Source: Eledone cirrhosa
Lineage: Eukaryota
NCBI GenBank assembly: GCA_964016885.1
Contig: OZ024741.1
Location: forward strand, 408,642,001-408,706,000
Length of the DNA stretch: 64,000 nucleotides
Reading direction: 5' to 3'
The notes below the pieces were generated by a model. The model did no database searches. It saw only the letters and a program-made list of their open reading frames with translations, and was not told the DNA's origin. Positions 51,226 through 63,736 of the stretch are shown piece by piece. The first letter of the stretch is position 1; each line of letters starts with the position of its first letter. The translations under genes and the position numbers were made by a program.

Positions 51226-54200
51226 ATGGCTATGCTAAGAGTAGGCTGTTTAAATGCGCGTGGCCTGGGCTCAACTTGGAAGCAAGCAATGCTTCTAAAT
51301 GACCTCAGGTCACAACGTATAGATGTGATGGTTATTTACGAGGCCCGGATCAGCAACGTGCGACAGCTGGCCCCCACCTTTGATGACTTTGAGATGCACG
51401 CATCTCTCTGTCAGCCCGGAGGTGGGGGTGGAGTTGTCGTTCTGCTGCAAAAACATCTGGGTCTCGCAACACAGATGGTACATTTGGACCCGGAGGGTCG
51501 ACTAGTGGTTCTGGACCTTGGCAGTGGTAAAGGCGGAGCGTTTAGGTTGGTAGCCGCCTACGGCCCTTTCGGGTCAATGCGGCCGGACTTCTTCCATCGT
51601 CTGGAGACTTTTCTAGGGACGTCCCGCTCCTTGCTATTAGTGGGGGACTGGAATGGTATCCTAGATGCACGCTGGGACTACGTAGGGGCCTGCCCTGATA
51701 GAGAGGGGTGTAATAGCCTCAAAGGGTTAATCGGTCGATTTGACCTGGCCGATAGATATCGACTAGATTTTCCGACTGCGCCAACCTGGACTTGGGCAAA
51801 TCGTAGCGGATCATCTAGGTCGTACCTAGATAGGTTCTTAGTTAGAATTAAGGATAAGGACTTTTTAAGTTGTCCAAAAATGCGCATGGTTGGCTATTCA
51901 GACCACAAATTAGTGACCTGCATGGTCAACCTTGACAGAACTCATAGACAGGGTCCCGGTTACTGGAAGCTCAACTTGTCCTTGCCGGCAAGTAGAGCCT
52001 ACAGGAATCGGATTAGTACGTTAGTTAAGGAACGGTTGACTGGAGCGATCGTCAACAGCAGGTGGTGGGTATCTCTAAAGAGAGAGATTAGAGTAGTCTC
52101 GATAGAATTTAGTAAGGTTCTAGCTGCGGATAGGAATAGGAAGGAAAGGGAGCTAATAGATAGAGTAGAAGAGGCAATTAGAAGCGGCGACGTGGCCAGA
52201 GTGCTAGCGTCGAGAACGGCTTTGAGCCAGTTTTTCGACGCGAAGCACGAAGGCTGCGTTGTCCGAAGTAAAATACGTGCTCTAGGGAACGAGGGGACCA
52301 AAGCTGTTAGCTGGGCCCGCGTGACAGAGGCCAACAGTGGAACTAAATCCACCATCCGGTCTTTGCGAGACCTGGATGGACGGGCGATTCTTGAGCCTAA
52401 GCAGATGTGTGAGGCCTTTCAAAGGCACTTTGCCCGACTGTTCGGGAGGGGCGGGGAGCCGGTTGGGAACGTGGACTTCGGTCCATACCTCGACGGCCTG
52501 CCGCGCCTCTCGGACAGGGAGGCGAAGTCCTGCGAGGAGCCGATTTCGGCCGCTGAGATAGAGGACGTGCTGAGCCAATGCGGCAAACGCAAATCCCCGG
52601 GTCTCGATGGTTTTCCTTACGAATTATATCTAGCTATGCCGGACTTGTTCCCCGATCTCCTCGAGGCGGTCTACTGCAACTGGCAACAGAACGGGAGAAT
52701 TCCCTGTACTGTGACCAAGGGCGTAGTCACGCTAGTGAGGAAGGACGAGAACAAGGGGGACGAAATAAGTAACTTCAGGCCCATAACACTGCTAAATACA
52801 GAGTTACAGATTTTGGCCAAGGTGCTAGCAAAGAGGTTGGCGCTTGTCGTGGGCAACCTGGTGGGAGATGCGCAGACATGCGCTATCCCGTCCAGGTCCA
52901 TCCATGACAACCTCCACCTCATGCGATACATCATAGAGAGGGTTGGGAACGAACCCGGCTTTGGTGGGGCTCTGATCAACTTGGATCAATCTAAGGCGTT
53001 CGATAGGGTCGACCATGGTTACCTGGATGCGGTGCTAGCGGCGGCAGGCTTCGGACCCGTTTTCAGGGGCTGGATCACTGCTATGCACAGCAGCCGCATC
53101 TGCTCTAGGGTCAAGGTGAACGGCTACCTCTCGGAGCCGTTCAAAATCGCGCGGTCCATCCGACAAGGGTGCCCTCTCTCCTCCCTTCTGTATGTGTTGA
53201 CTCTCGAGCCACTACTGCGGAAGTTGGAGTTGTTGCAGGGCATCCCTTTGGAACCGGGATTGCGGAAAGCGGTGTCGGCCTACGCCGATGACGTGACAGT
53301 AATGGTGTCGACAGCCTCCGAAATCGAGGCGGTCGGCACCTTACTGGAGGAGTACGAAAAGTTCACAGGGGCTAAGCTGAACCGGGACAAGTCGATCGGT
53401 TTGCAACTCGGCACGTGGAGGGGCAGACCGATGCCCTCCGATGGCGTCGTCGGACGCTGGACGGAGGGCCCGGTGAAGTTGCTCGGGGTCTGGTTCGGAC
53501 CGGACCTCCAGGTGGAGAAAAACTGGGCGGAGGTTACGAACAGGGTGTTTGCACTGACCCAGAAGTGGGCCAGTTGCAAACTATCCCTGAAAGGTCGGGC
53601 GGAGGTGGCGAACACCTACATAGCGTCCGTCATCTACTACCGCCTGACCGTAGTGCCCTGCCCAAGGGAAACCCTCACCAAGATGGAGCGCGCGCTCTTC
53701 CAATTCCTTTGGAAGAGGCGGGCTCCTATGGTGAGGAGATCCATCTGCTGTCAACACCCTTCGAAAGGAGGGCTGGGGATGCCGTGGCTAATGATGCGTA
53801 AACACGCATTAAGGCTACGGCACCTCTACGTATTCCTCACCGGACAACCGGTGTGGGCCTCGTTTGTGAGACGAACCTTTCCCAGACTCGTCTCACTCAC
53901 CGAGCTGCAATCCTGGGTCAAGCAAAGACCGAGAAAACTGGGCGCCTGGCACACTGAGTGTGCCCAGGCGCTCACCGCCCTCTGGCAGGCGGATCCGGTT
54001 ATCAGTGGAGACTCCACCGCAACATTCTATAGAGGGCTGGTACGCAGCAGGTGCGACGACGCCCTCGGAGAAGCCCTAGACATGGAGGAGGACGAACTGG
54101 CCAGCCTGTTCGGTAGGACATTCAGCCCGGGACCTATGGACAACTTCCAGAAGTCCCTGGCCTGGCAGTGCTACCGAGGGGCTTTACCCGTTCGAGAAAG

Positions 54201-54663
54201 GCTCTACAGACACGGGCGCCCGGGTAGGGACCCCGCCAAAAAGATCTGTCCCAGATGCGTGTGCGACGAGGAAACCGTTGCACACGCATTGGTACACTGC
54301 TCGGGCGTAGCCGATCTGTGGAGCTATGTCGAACAACTGCTGTCAAGGGTGGGACCGATCCGCTTGACCACCGAGTCTATTGTAATGATCAAGCCGCCTC
54401 CCCCCTTCAAAGATGAAGCAGAGGCGGTGTTTCTGTGCGTAATAGCCATGGCGAAAGAGGTTGTATGGTGGACGCGTCTGAAAGGACTGAGGTCAGGCAC
54501 CTTTCTCTCTGGCCAACAACTGGTCCGTTTCTTCCGATATCATTTCGGAAGAAGGATCAGGATGGAGAGAGAGGTGCTGCACCCCAGTCGTTTTTATGAA
54601 AGGTGGGTGAAAGTGGCGAGAATGGCCCGTGTGAATGGGCCTTCTCTTTACATAAGCCTGTAG
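51226..54663 (+). CDS. ORF2: AP endonuclease, reverse transcriptase, zinc finger
   Basis: Uninterrupted, with the same motifs as copies 2 and 3. Confidence 0.93.
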   Translation: MAMLRVGCLNARGLGSTWKQAMLLNDLRSQRIDVMVIYEARISNVRQLAPTFDDFEMHASLCQPGGGGGVVVLLQKHLGLATQMVHLDPEGRLVVLDLGSGKGGAFRLVAAYGPFGSMRPDFFHRLETFLGTSRSLLLVGDWNGILDARWDYVGACPDREGCNSLKGLIGRFDLADRYRLDFPTAPTWTWANRSGSSRSYLDRFLVRIKDKDFLSCPKMRMVGYSDHKLVTCMVNLDRTHRQGPGYWKLNLSLPASRAYRNRISTLVKERLTGAIVNSRWWVSLKREIRVVSIEFSKVLAADRNRKERELIDRVEEAIRSGDVARVLASRTALSQFFDAKHEGCVVRSKIRALGNEGTKAVSWARVTEANSGTKSTIRSLRDLDGRAILEPKQMCEAFQRHFARLFGRGGEPVGNVDFGPYLDGLPRLSDREAKSCEEPISAAEIEDVLSQCGKRKSPGLDGFPYELYLAMPDLFPDLLEAVYCNWQQNGRIPCTVTKGVVTLVRKDENKGDEISNFRPITLLNTELQILAKVLAKRLALVVGNLVGDAQTCAIPSRSIHDNLHLMRYIIERVGNEPGFGGALINLDQSKAFDRVDHGYLDAVLAAAGFGPVFRGWITAMHSSRICSRVKVNGYLSEPFKIARSIRQGCPLSSLLYVLTLEPLLRKLELLQGIPLEPGLRKAVSAYADDVTVMVSTASEIEAVGTLLEEYEKFTGAKLNRDKSIGLQLGTWRGRPMPSDGVVGRWTEGPVKLLGVWFGPDLQVEKNWAEVTNRVFALTQKWASCKLSLKGRAEVANTYIASVIYYRLTVVPCPRETLTKMERALFQFLWKRRAPMVRRSICCQHPSKGGLGMPWLMMRKHALRLRHLYVFLTGQPVWASFVRRTFPRLVSLTELQSWVKQRPRKLGAWHTECAQALTALWQADPVISGDSTATFYRGLVRSRCDDALGEALDMEEDELASLFGRTFSPGPMDNFQKSLAWQCYRGALPVRERLYRHGRPGRDPAKKICPRCVCDEETVAHALVHCSGVADLWSYVEQLLSRVGPIRLTTESIVMIKPPPPFKDEAEAVFLCVIAMAKEVVWWTRLKGLRSGTFLSGQQLVRFFRYHFGRRIRMEREVLHPSRFYERWVKVARMARVNGPSLYISL

Positions 54664-56894
54664 GTGGAAAAGAGGAAGGAACGAGGGAGCACCCCCTCTC
54701 TGTGCTCCTGAGGAAAAGGGTTGCACACTTTTTTCGGGGGTGTGTGCGACCCCCCAAGGCGCCTCCTCTCTATTGAGGATTTTGTTAAAAATTTTATTTT
54801 TTGTTATATCTTATTTTATTTTTATATTTTGTTATTGCCTCCTCCTTATTGAGGACGCCTTTTTGTGTAAACTCCCCCCTTTGTACTTGTCCCACTTTTG
54901 ATGCCCTAGTGGCAAATAAAAGAAACTTATATATATCTAGCTGACTATATATATCTAGGTGACTATATATATCTAGGTGACTATATATATCTAGGTGACT
55001 ATATATATCTAGCTGACTATATATATCTAGGTGACTATATATATCTAGGTGAGTATATATATCTAGCTGACTATATATATCTAGCTGACTATATATGTCT
55101 AGCTGACTATATATATATCTAGGTGACTATATATATCTAGGTGACTATATATATCTAGTGACTATATATATCTAGGTGACTATATATATTCTAGGTGACT
55201 ATATATATATCTAGCTGACTATATATATCTAGTAACTATATATATCTAGGTGACTATATATATTCTAGGTGACTATATATATCTAAGTGACTATATATAT
55301 CTAGCTGACTATATATATCTAGCTGACTATATATATCTAGGTGACTATATATATCTAGGTGACTATATATATCTAGGTGACTATATATATCTAGTGACTA
55401 TATATATCTAGGTGACTATATATGTCTAGCTGACTATATATATCTAGCTGACTATATATGTCTAGCTGACTATATATATATCTAGGTGACTATATATATC
55501 TAGGTGACTATATATATCTAGTGACTATATATATCTAGGTGACTATATATACCTAGGTGACTATATATATATCTAGCTGACTATATATATCTAGGTGACT
55601 ATATATATCTAGTGACTATATATATCTAGGTGACTATATATATCTAGGTGACTATATATATCTAGCTGACTATATATATCTAGGTGACTATATATATCTA
55701 GCTGACTATATATATCTAGCTGACTATATATATCTAGCTGACTATATATATCTAGCTGACTATATATATCTAGCTGACTATATATATCTAGGTGACTATA
55801 TATATCTAGGTGACTATATATATCTAGCTGACTATATATATCTAGGTGACTATATATATCTAGCTGACTATATATATCTAGCTGACTATATATATCTAGC
55901 TGACTATATATATCTAGGTGACTATATATATCTAGGTGACTATATATATCTAGGTGACTATATATATCTAGTGACTATATATATTTAGCTGACTATATAT
56001 ATCTAGGTGACTATATATATCTAGGTGACTATATATATCTAGGTGACTATATATATCTAGTGACTATATATATCTAGATGACTATATATGTCTAGCTGAC
56101 TATATATATCTAGGTAACTCTATATATCTAGGTGACTATATATATCTAGCTGACTATATATATCTAGCTGACTATATATATCTAGCTGACTATATATATC
56201 TAGCTGACTATATATATCTAGGTGACTATATATATCTAGGTGACTATATATATCTAGGTGACTATATATATCTAGGTGACTATATATATCTAGCTGACTA
56301 TATATATCTAGGTGACTATATATATCTAGGTGACTATATATATCTAGCTGACTATATATATCTAGCTGACTATATATATCTAGCTGACTATATATATCTA
56401 GGTGACTATATATATCTAGGTGACTATATATATCTAGGTGACTATATATATCTAGGTGACTATATATATCTAGGTGACTATATATATCTAGGTGACTATA
56501 TATATCTAGGTGACTATATATATCTAGCTGACTATATATATCTAGGTGACTATATATATCTAGCTGACTATATATATCTAGGTGACTATATATATCTAGG
56601 TGACTATATATATCTAGGTGACTATATATATCTAGCTGACTATATATATCTAGGTGACTATATATATCTAGCTGACTATATATATCTAGCTGACTATATA
56701 TATCTAGGTGACTATATATATCTAGCTGACTATATATATCTAGCTGACTATATATATCTAGCTGACTATATATATCTAGCTGACTATATATATCTAGCTG
56801 ACTATATATATCTAGGTGTCTATATATATCTAGCTGACTATATATATCTAGCTGACTATATATATCTAGGTGTCTATATATATCTAGCTGACTA

Positions 56895-58091
56895 TTGGTC
56901 TTTTATCTTCCTCACCTATAGTCTGATGTAGAGTGAAGGCCCATTCACACGGGCCATTCTCGCCACTTTCACCCATCTTTCATAGAAACGGCTGGGGTGC
57001 AGCACCTCTCTCTCCATCCTGATCCTTCTTCCGAAATGATATCGGAAGAAACGGACCAGTTGTTGGCCAGAGAGAAAGGTGCCCGACCTCAGTCCTTTCA
57101 GACGCGTCCACCATACAACCTCTTTCGCCATGGCTATTACGCACAGAAACACCGCCTCTGCTTCATCTTTGAAGGGGGGAGGCGGCTTGATCATTACAAT
57201 CGACTCGGTGGTCAACCGGATCGGTCCCACCCTTGACAGCAGTTGTTCGACATAGCCCCACAGATCGGCTACGCCCGAGCAGTGTACTAATGCGTGTGCA
57301 ACGGTTTCCTCGTCGCACACGCATCTGGGACAGATCTTTTTGGCGGGGTCCCTACCCGGGCGCCCGGCTCTACAGACACGGGCGCCCGGGTAGGGACCCC
57401 GCCAAAAAGATCTGTCCCAGATGCGTGTGCGACGAGGAAACCGTTGCACACGCATTAGTACACTGCTCGGGCGTAGCCGATCTGTGGGGCTATGTCGAAC
57501 AACTGCTGTCAAGGGTGGGACCGATCCGGTTGACCACCGAGTCGATTGTAATGATCAAGCCGCCTCCCCCCTTCAAAGATGAAGCAGAGGCGGTGTTTCT
57601 GTGCGTAATAGCCATGGCGAAAGAGGTTGTATGGTGGACGCGTCTGAAAGGACTGAGGTCGGGCACCTTTCTCTCTGGCCAACAACTGGTCCGTTTCTTC
57701 CGATATCATTTCGGAAGAAGGATCAGGATGGAGAGAGAGGTGCTGCACCCCAGCCGTTTCTATGAAAGATGGGTGAAAGTGGCGAGAATGGCCCGTGTGA
57801 ATGGGCCTTCACTCTACATCAGACTATAGGTGAGGAAGATAAAAGACCAAGGGAGCACCCCTTCTCTGTGCACCTGAGGAGAAGGGTTGCACACTTTTTT
57901 CGGGGGTGTGTGCGACCCCCCAAGGCGCCTCCTCTCTATTGAGGATTTTGTTAAAAATTTTATTTTTTGTTATATCTTATTTTATTTTTATATTTTGTTA
58001 TTGCCTTCTCCTTATTGAGGACGCCTTTTTGTGTAAACTCCCCCCTTTGTACTTGTCCCACTTTTGATGCCCTAGTGGCAAATAAAAGAAA
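56895..58091 (+). mobile_element. Tx1-like copy 5, heavily truncated, with a fold-back inverted duplication
   Basis: 56895-57366 is the reverse complement of 57379-57850; the forward part runs to the normal 3' end. Confidence 0.93.
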
Positions 58092-58120
58092 TATATATAT
58101 ATCTAGGTGACTATATATAT

Positions 58121-61058
58121 ATGAAAGGGTTAAAGATATAGACAGTGTCTTACATTAGAAATATGGTAATGAAAGGGTTAAACAACATAGACATTGTCTT
58201 ACATTAGATATATGGTAATGAAAGGGTTAAACAACATAGACAGTGTCTTATATTAGAAATATGGTAATGGAAGGGTTAAACAACATAGACAGTGTCTTAC
58301 ATTAGATATATGGTAATGAAAGGGTTAAACAACATAGACAGTGTCTTACATTAGAAATATGGTAAAGAAAGGGTTAAACAATATAGACAGTGTCTTACAT
58401 TAGAAATATGGTAATGGAAGGGTTAAACAACATAGACAGTGTCTTACATTAGAAATATTGTAATGAAAGGGTTAAACAACATAGACAGTGTCTTACATTA
58501 GAAATATGGTAATGAAAGGGTTAAACAACATAGACAGTGTCTTACATTAGAAATATGGTAGTGAAAGGGTTAAACAACATAGACAGCGTCTTACATTAGA
58601 AATATGGTAATGAAAGGGTTAAACAACATAGACAGTGTCTTACATTAGAAATATCGTAATGAAAGGGTTAAACAACATAGACAGTGTCTTACATTAGATA
58701 TATGGTAATGGAAAGGTTAAACAACATAGACAGTGTCTTTCATTAGAAATATGGTAATGAAAGGGTTAAACAACATAGACAGTGTCTTACATTAGAAATA
58801 TGGTAATGGAAGGGTTAAACAACATAGACAGTGTCTTACATTAGAAATATGGTAATGAAAGGGTTAAACAACATAGACAGTGTCTTACATTAGAAATATG
58901 GTAATGAAAGGGTTAAACAACATAGACAGTGTCTTACATTAGAAATATTGTAATGAAAGGGTTAAACAACATAGACAGTGTCTTACATTAGATATATGGT
59001 AATGGAAAGGTTAAACAACATAGAGAGTGTCTTTCATTAGAAATATTGTAATGAAAGGGTTAAACAACATAGACAGTGTCTTACATTAGAAATATGGTAA
59101 TGGAAGGGTTAAACAACATAGACAGTGTCTTACATTAGACATATGGTAATGAAAGGGTTAAACAACATAGACAGTGTCTTATATTAGAAATATGGTAATG
59201 AAAGGGTTAAACAACATAGACAGTGTCTGACATTAGAAATATGGTAATGAAAGGGTTAAACAACATAGACAGTGTCTTACATTAGATATATGGTAATGGA
59301 AAGGTTAAACAACATAGACAGTGTCTTTCATTAGAAATATGGTAATGAAAGGGTTAAACAACATAGACAGTGTCTTACATTAGAAATATGGTAATGAAAG
59401 GGTTAAACAACATAGACAGTGTCTTACATTAGAAATATGGTAATGGAAGGGTTAAACAACATAGACAGTGTCTTACATTAGAAATATTGTAATGAAAGGG
59501 TTAAACAACATAGACAGTGTCTTACATTAGAAATATGGTAATGAAAGGGTTAAACAACATAGACAGTGTCTTACATTAGAAATATGGTAGTGAAAGGGTT
59601 AAACAACATAGACAGCGTCTTACATTAGAAATATGGTAATGAAAGGGTTAAACAACATAGACAGTGTCTTTCATTAGAAATATGGTAATGGAAGGGTTAA
59701 ACAATATAGACAGTGTCTTACATTAGAAATATGGTAATGAAAGTGTTAAACAACATAGACAGTGTCTTACATTAGAAATATGGTAATGAAAGGGTTAAAC
59801 AACATAGACAGTGTCTGACATTAGAAATATGGTAATGAAAGGGTTAAACAACATAGACAGTGTCTTACATTAGATATATGGTAATGAAAGGTTAAACAAC
59901 ATAGACAGTGTCTTTCATTAGAAATATGGTAATGAAAGGGTTAAACAACATAGACAGTGTCTTACATTAGATATATGGTAATGGAAAGGTTAAACAACAT
60001 AGACAGTGTCTTTCATTAGAAATATGGTAATGAAAGGGTTAAACAACATAGACAGTGTCTTACATTAGAAATATGGTAATGAAAGGGTTAAACAACATAG
60101 ACAGTGTCTTTCATTAGAAATATGGTAATGGAAGGGTTAAACAATATAGACAGTGTCTTACATTAGAAATATGGTAATGAAAGTGTTAAACAACATAGAC
60201 AGTGTCTTACATTAGAAATATGGTAATGAAAGGGTTAAACAACATAGACAGTGTCTGACATTAGAAATATGGTAATGAAAGGGTTAAACAACATAGACAG
60301 TGTCTTACATTAGATATATGGTAATGAAAGGTTAAACAACATAGACAGTGTCTTTCATTAGAAATATGGTAATGAAAGGGTTAAACAACATAGACAGTGT
60401 CTTACATTAGAAATATGGTAATGAAAGGGTTAAACAACATAGACAGTGTCTTTCATTAGAAATATGGTAATGAAAGGGTTAAACAACATAGACAGTGTCT
60501 TACATTAGAAATATGGTAATGAAAGGGTTAAACAACATAGTCAGTGTCTGACATTAGAAATATGGTAATGAAAGGGTTAAACAACATAGACAGTGTCTTA
60601 CATTAGATATATGGTAATGGAAAGGTTAAACAACATAGACAGTGTCTTTCATTAGAAATATGGTAATGAAAGGGTTAAACAACATAGACAGTGTCTTACA
60701 TTAGAAATATGGTAATGAAAGGGTTAAACAACATAGACAGTTTCTTTCATTAGAAATATGGTAATGGAAGGGTTAAACAATATAGACAGTGTCTTACATT
60801 AGAAATATGGTAATGAAAGTGTTAAACAACATAGACAGTGTCTTACATTAGAAATATGGTAACGAAAGGGTTAAACAACATAGACAGAGTCTTACATTAG
60901 AAATATGGTAATGAAAGTGTTAAACAACATAGACAGAGTCTTACATTAGAAATATGGTAATGAAAGGGTTAAACAAGATAGACAGTGTCTTACATTAGAA
61001 ATATGGTAGTGAAAGGGTTAAACAACATAGACAGTGTCTTACATTAGAAATATGGTAA
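58121..61058. repeat. 49-bp tandem satellite ATGAAAGGGTTAAACAACATAGACAGTGTCTTACATTAGAAATATGGTA, ~60 monomers
   Basis: Direct 49-bp periodicity. Confidence 0.97.
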
Positions 61059-62725
61059 TAATAATAATGATAATAATGAAAATATTGTGTACAGTGCTCA
61101 GGTGCACTACAACTCATCAAAAGTGTATGTATAGTACATAGGGTAATGTACAAATCTCAGGAAAATGAACACAGCGTGAGTCATGATATACACGTGAGCA
61201 TGTGTATGGAAGGGGGACATCAGGTGTAGTTTTGGCAAATTTTGCGAAGCATGAGGGTTTTAAAGGATGCAGTGTCTCGACAGCTAACAACTGACCCAGG
61301 CAGTTTGTTCCATGCTTCAGCAACTCTAAGGGTGAAAAAATGTTTCTGAAAGTTTTGGGAGCTGTGCTGTTTTCTGACTTTGTAGGCATATCCACGTGTG
61401 TTAGACACATGGAGATCAAAAAGGTGCTCATTTTTGTTGGCGAGATGGTTAATAACTTTGTGGATGTTTACCAAGTCCATTGACAGACGTTGGAGCTTCA
61501 ATGTATCCATGCCCAGGGAAGCAAGGCGTTCAGAGTATGATAGGTGTCTGATGGAGGGTATGCGCATGGTTGCACGTCTCTGAACAGTTTCCAGGAGGTC
61601 AATCTTCTGAGCAAGATAGGGTTTCCAGACTTATGATGCGAATTCCAAGTGTGGTCATACCATAGCTGTATACAGCTTTAAATAGATGGCTGGAGAGCGG
61701 CTAACAAAGGTCTTGCTGAGTGATGCCAATACACCCTCGGCCTTCTTGACAATTTTAGAGATGTGCTTTGTCCAACGCAAATTGCCGCTGACAGTAATGC
61801 ACAGGTCACGTTCACAAGAGGACTTCTTGATATCAGTGTTGTGGAGGGATATGTGGACGCTGGATTTTTCCTCCCAAAATGCATGGTGGTACACTTGTCC
61901 ATAGCCAGCTTGAGTTGCCAATCTGTGATCCATTGCTGCATTGTGTCCAGGTCTGATTGTAGGAAAGAGTTAGAGATTTCAGGATCTGTTCTTTTGGTTT
62001 CAAGGTACAGCTTGATGTCATATGCATATTTCAGTACTGTGGCATTCTTTAAGTTGGCATCTATGTCATTAATGTATGCAACAAACAAAAGGGGACCAAG
62101 AACAGATCCCTGATTTACACCAGATGACATCTCATATGGTGAAGAATGCTGTCCTAGAACTGTGACTACCTCTTTTCGGCTGAGAATGAAGGATTTCAAC
62201 CAGTTAAAAAGATCATCCTTCACACCCATTGCAGAGAGTTTTGCAATAAGTCTTTTGTGTGGCACAGAATTGAAAGCTTTAGCAAAGTCAAGGTAAACAA
62301 CATCCACCCATGAGCCACCATCAGTGATCCGGGTGATGTCTTCAAGAAACTCGATAAGTTGATCACAGCAGCTGGAGTTAGGGATCAATCCAAATTGCAA
62401 GGGCCAGATAAGACTGTGAGAGTTCCAGAAGTTCCAAAGTGTTTCTCTGACACAAGATTCCATCAGTTTGGCAATGTAGCTAGTAAGACTGACTGGTCGA
62501 TAGTTGACAGGTGTTGTGCGGTCACCCTTTTTGAACAGAGGAATGACACTGGCAGTTTTCCACTGTTCTGGAGTAGCATGGTTGTTCAGTCAGAATTGGA
62601 AGAAGCGTGATAGCTGGTGCAGAAGGAAGTACCCACCATGTTTGAGAAACAGGTACGTAACACCATCAAGACCAGGAGAGGCATGGTTGCGTTTATTTTT
62701 AAGGTGACGTCGCAGCATTGCAGGT
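61057..62725 (-). pseudogene. CR1-clade LINE, 5'-truncated and decayed, with (TTA)n-like tail
   Basis: SPGLDG, YLDFAKAFNSVPH, SGVNQGSVLGPLLF, KYAYDIK (mutated YADD), YSERL, FFTLRVAEAWNKLP spread over several frames. Confidence 0.9.
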
Positions 62726-63024
62726 GTATATATATATATACATATAGAGGTAGAACACTGGAAGTGAATATCCATAGTGGTAGAGCACTCAGTCCATGGG
62801 ACGAGTTTGGTAGGAGTGGTATAAGGTGAAACAATTGTTCTCAGTATGGTGAACTAACTGTTGTGTTACTACTTATATATATATATATATATATAGTCAA
62901 AAGTAGAAGATATATATATATGTGAATATAGACATAGAATATTCGAAAATATTCTGTATGTTTATAATAAACATTTTGAAGACCTAATCGCTATAGAATA
63001 GAATACGTCACGTATTACAATTAG

Positions 63025-63114
63025 ATTCTCGATAAAAGCAAGGGAAGTAAGTCTACGCGTTTCATTCTTGTTAGAATTCATCAGGACTACATATCCAGTG
63101 CTTTCATCGAGAAT
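63025..63114 (-). ncRNA. Minimal type I hammerhead ribozyme, copy 1
   Basis: Minus strand GTAGTC-CTGATGA-ATTCT aaca AGAAT-GAAA-CGCG-TA^-GACTTAC; outer stem ATTCTCGATGAAAGCA / TGCTTTTATCGAGAAT. Confidence 0.9.
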
Positions 63115-63335
63115 GACACAGCTAGAGACTTATAGAATACTTAGCTGTGTACAGGAACTGGTTTGAAAGAGCGGTTGCCGGTCCGGCAGAAATTGGAAAT
63201 TGGAATAAATGCTCTGAAATAGCGATATATATGTGAATATAGACATAGAATATTCGAAAATATTCTGTATGTTTATAATAAACATTTTGAAGACCTAATC
63301 GCTATAGAATAGAATACGTCACGTATTACAATTAG

Positions 63336-63425
63336 ATTCTCGATAAAAGCAAGGGAAGTAAGTCTACGCGTTTCATTCTTGTTAGAATTCATCAGGACTA
63401 CATATCCAGTGCTTTCATCGAGAAT
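63336..63425 (-). ncRNA. Minimal type I hammerhead ribozyme, copy 2
   Basis: Same as copy 1, offset +311 bp. Confidence 0.9.
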
Positions 63426-63646
63426 GACACAGCTAGAGACTTATAGAATACTTAGCTGTGTACAGGAACTGGTTTGAAAGAGCGGTTGCCGGTCCGGCAG
63501 AAATTGGAAATTGGAATAAATGCTCTGAAATAGCGATATATATGTGAATATAGACATAGAATATTCGAAAATATTCTGTATGTTTATAATAAACATTTTG
63601 AAGACCTAATCGCTATAGAATAGAATACGTCACGTATTACAATTAG

Positions 63647-63736
63647 ATTCTCGATAAAAGCAAGGGAAGTAAGTCTACGCGTTTCATTCTTGTTAGAATT
63701 CATCAGGACTACATATCCAGTGCTTTCATCGAGAAT
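63647..63736 (-). ncRNA. Minimal type I hammerhead ribozyme, copy 3 (a fourth is cut by the window edge)
   Basis: Same as copy 1, offset +622 bp. Confidence 0.9.

Larger units (their letters stand above)
49196..54927 (+). mobile_element. Tx1-like copy 4, full length (ORF1 type B)
   Basis: 5' GGGATGGACACA preceded by (TATC)3; ORF1 plus ORF2; ends AATAAAAGAAACT. Confidence 0.95.
29008..58120. repeat. 18-bp tandem satellite CTAG(C/G)TGACT(A/C)TATATAT, interrupted by five Tx1-like insertions
   Basis: Blocks ~29008-31650, 33376-33879, 37852-40959, 46758-49183, 54928-56894, 58092-58120. Confidence 0.97.

Noticed and set aside
56916-57829. Two opposing 198-aa ORFs
   Set aside because: By-products of the palindromic duplication of the ORF2 C-terminus.
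58121-61058. AGGGTTA as a telomeric repeat
   Set aside because: There is only one such heptamer per 49-bp monomer and no (TTAGGG)n run.
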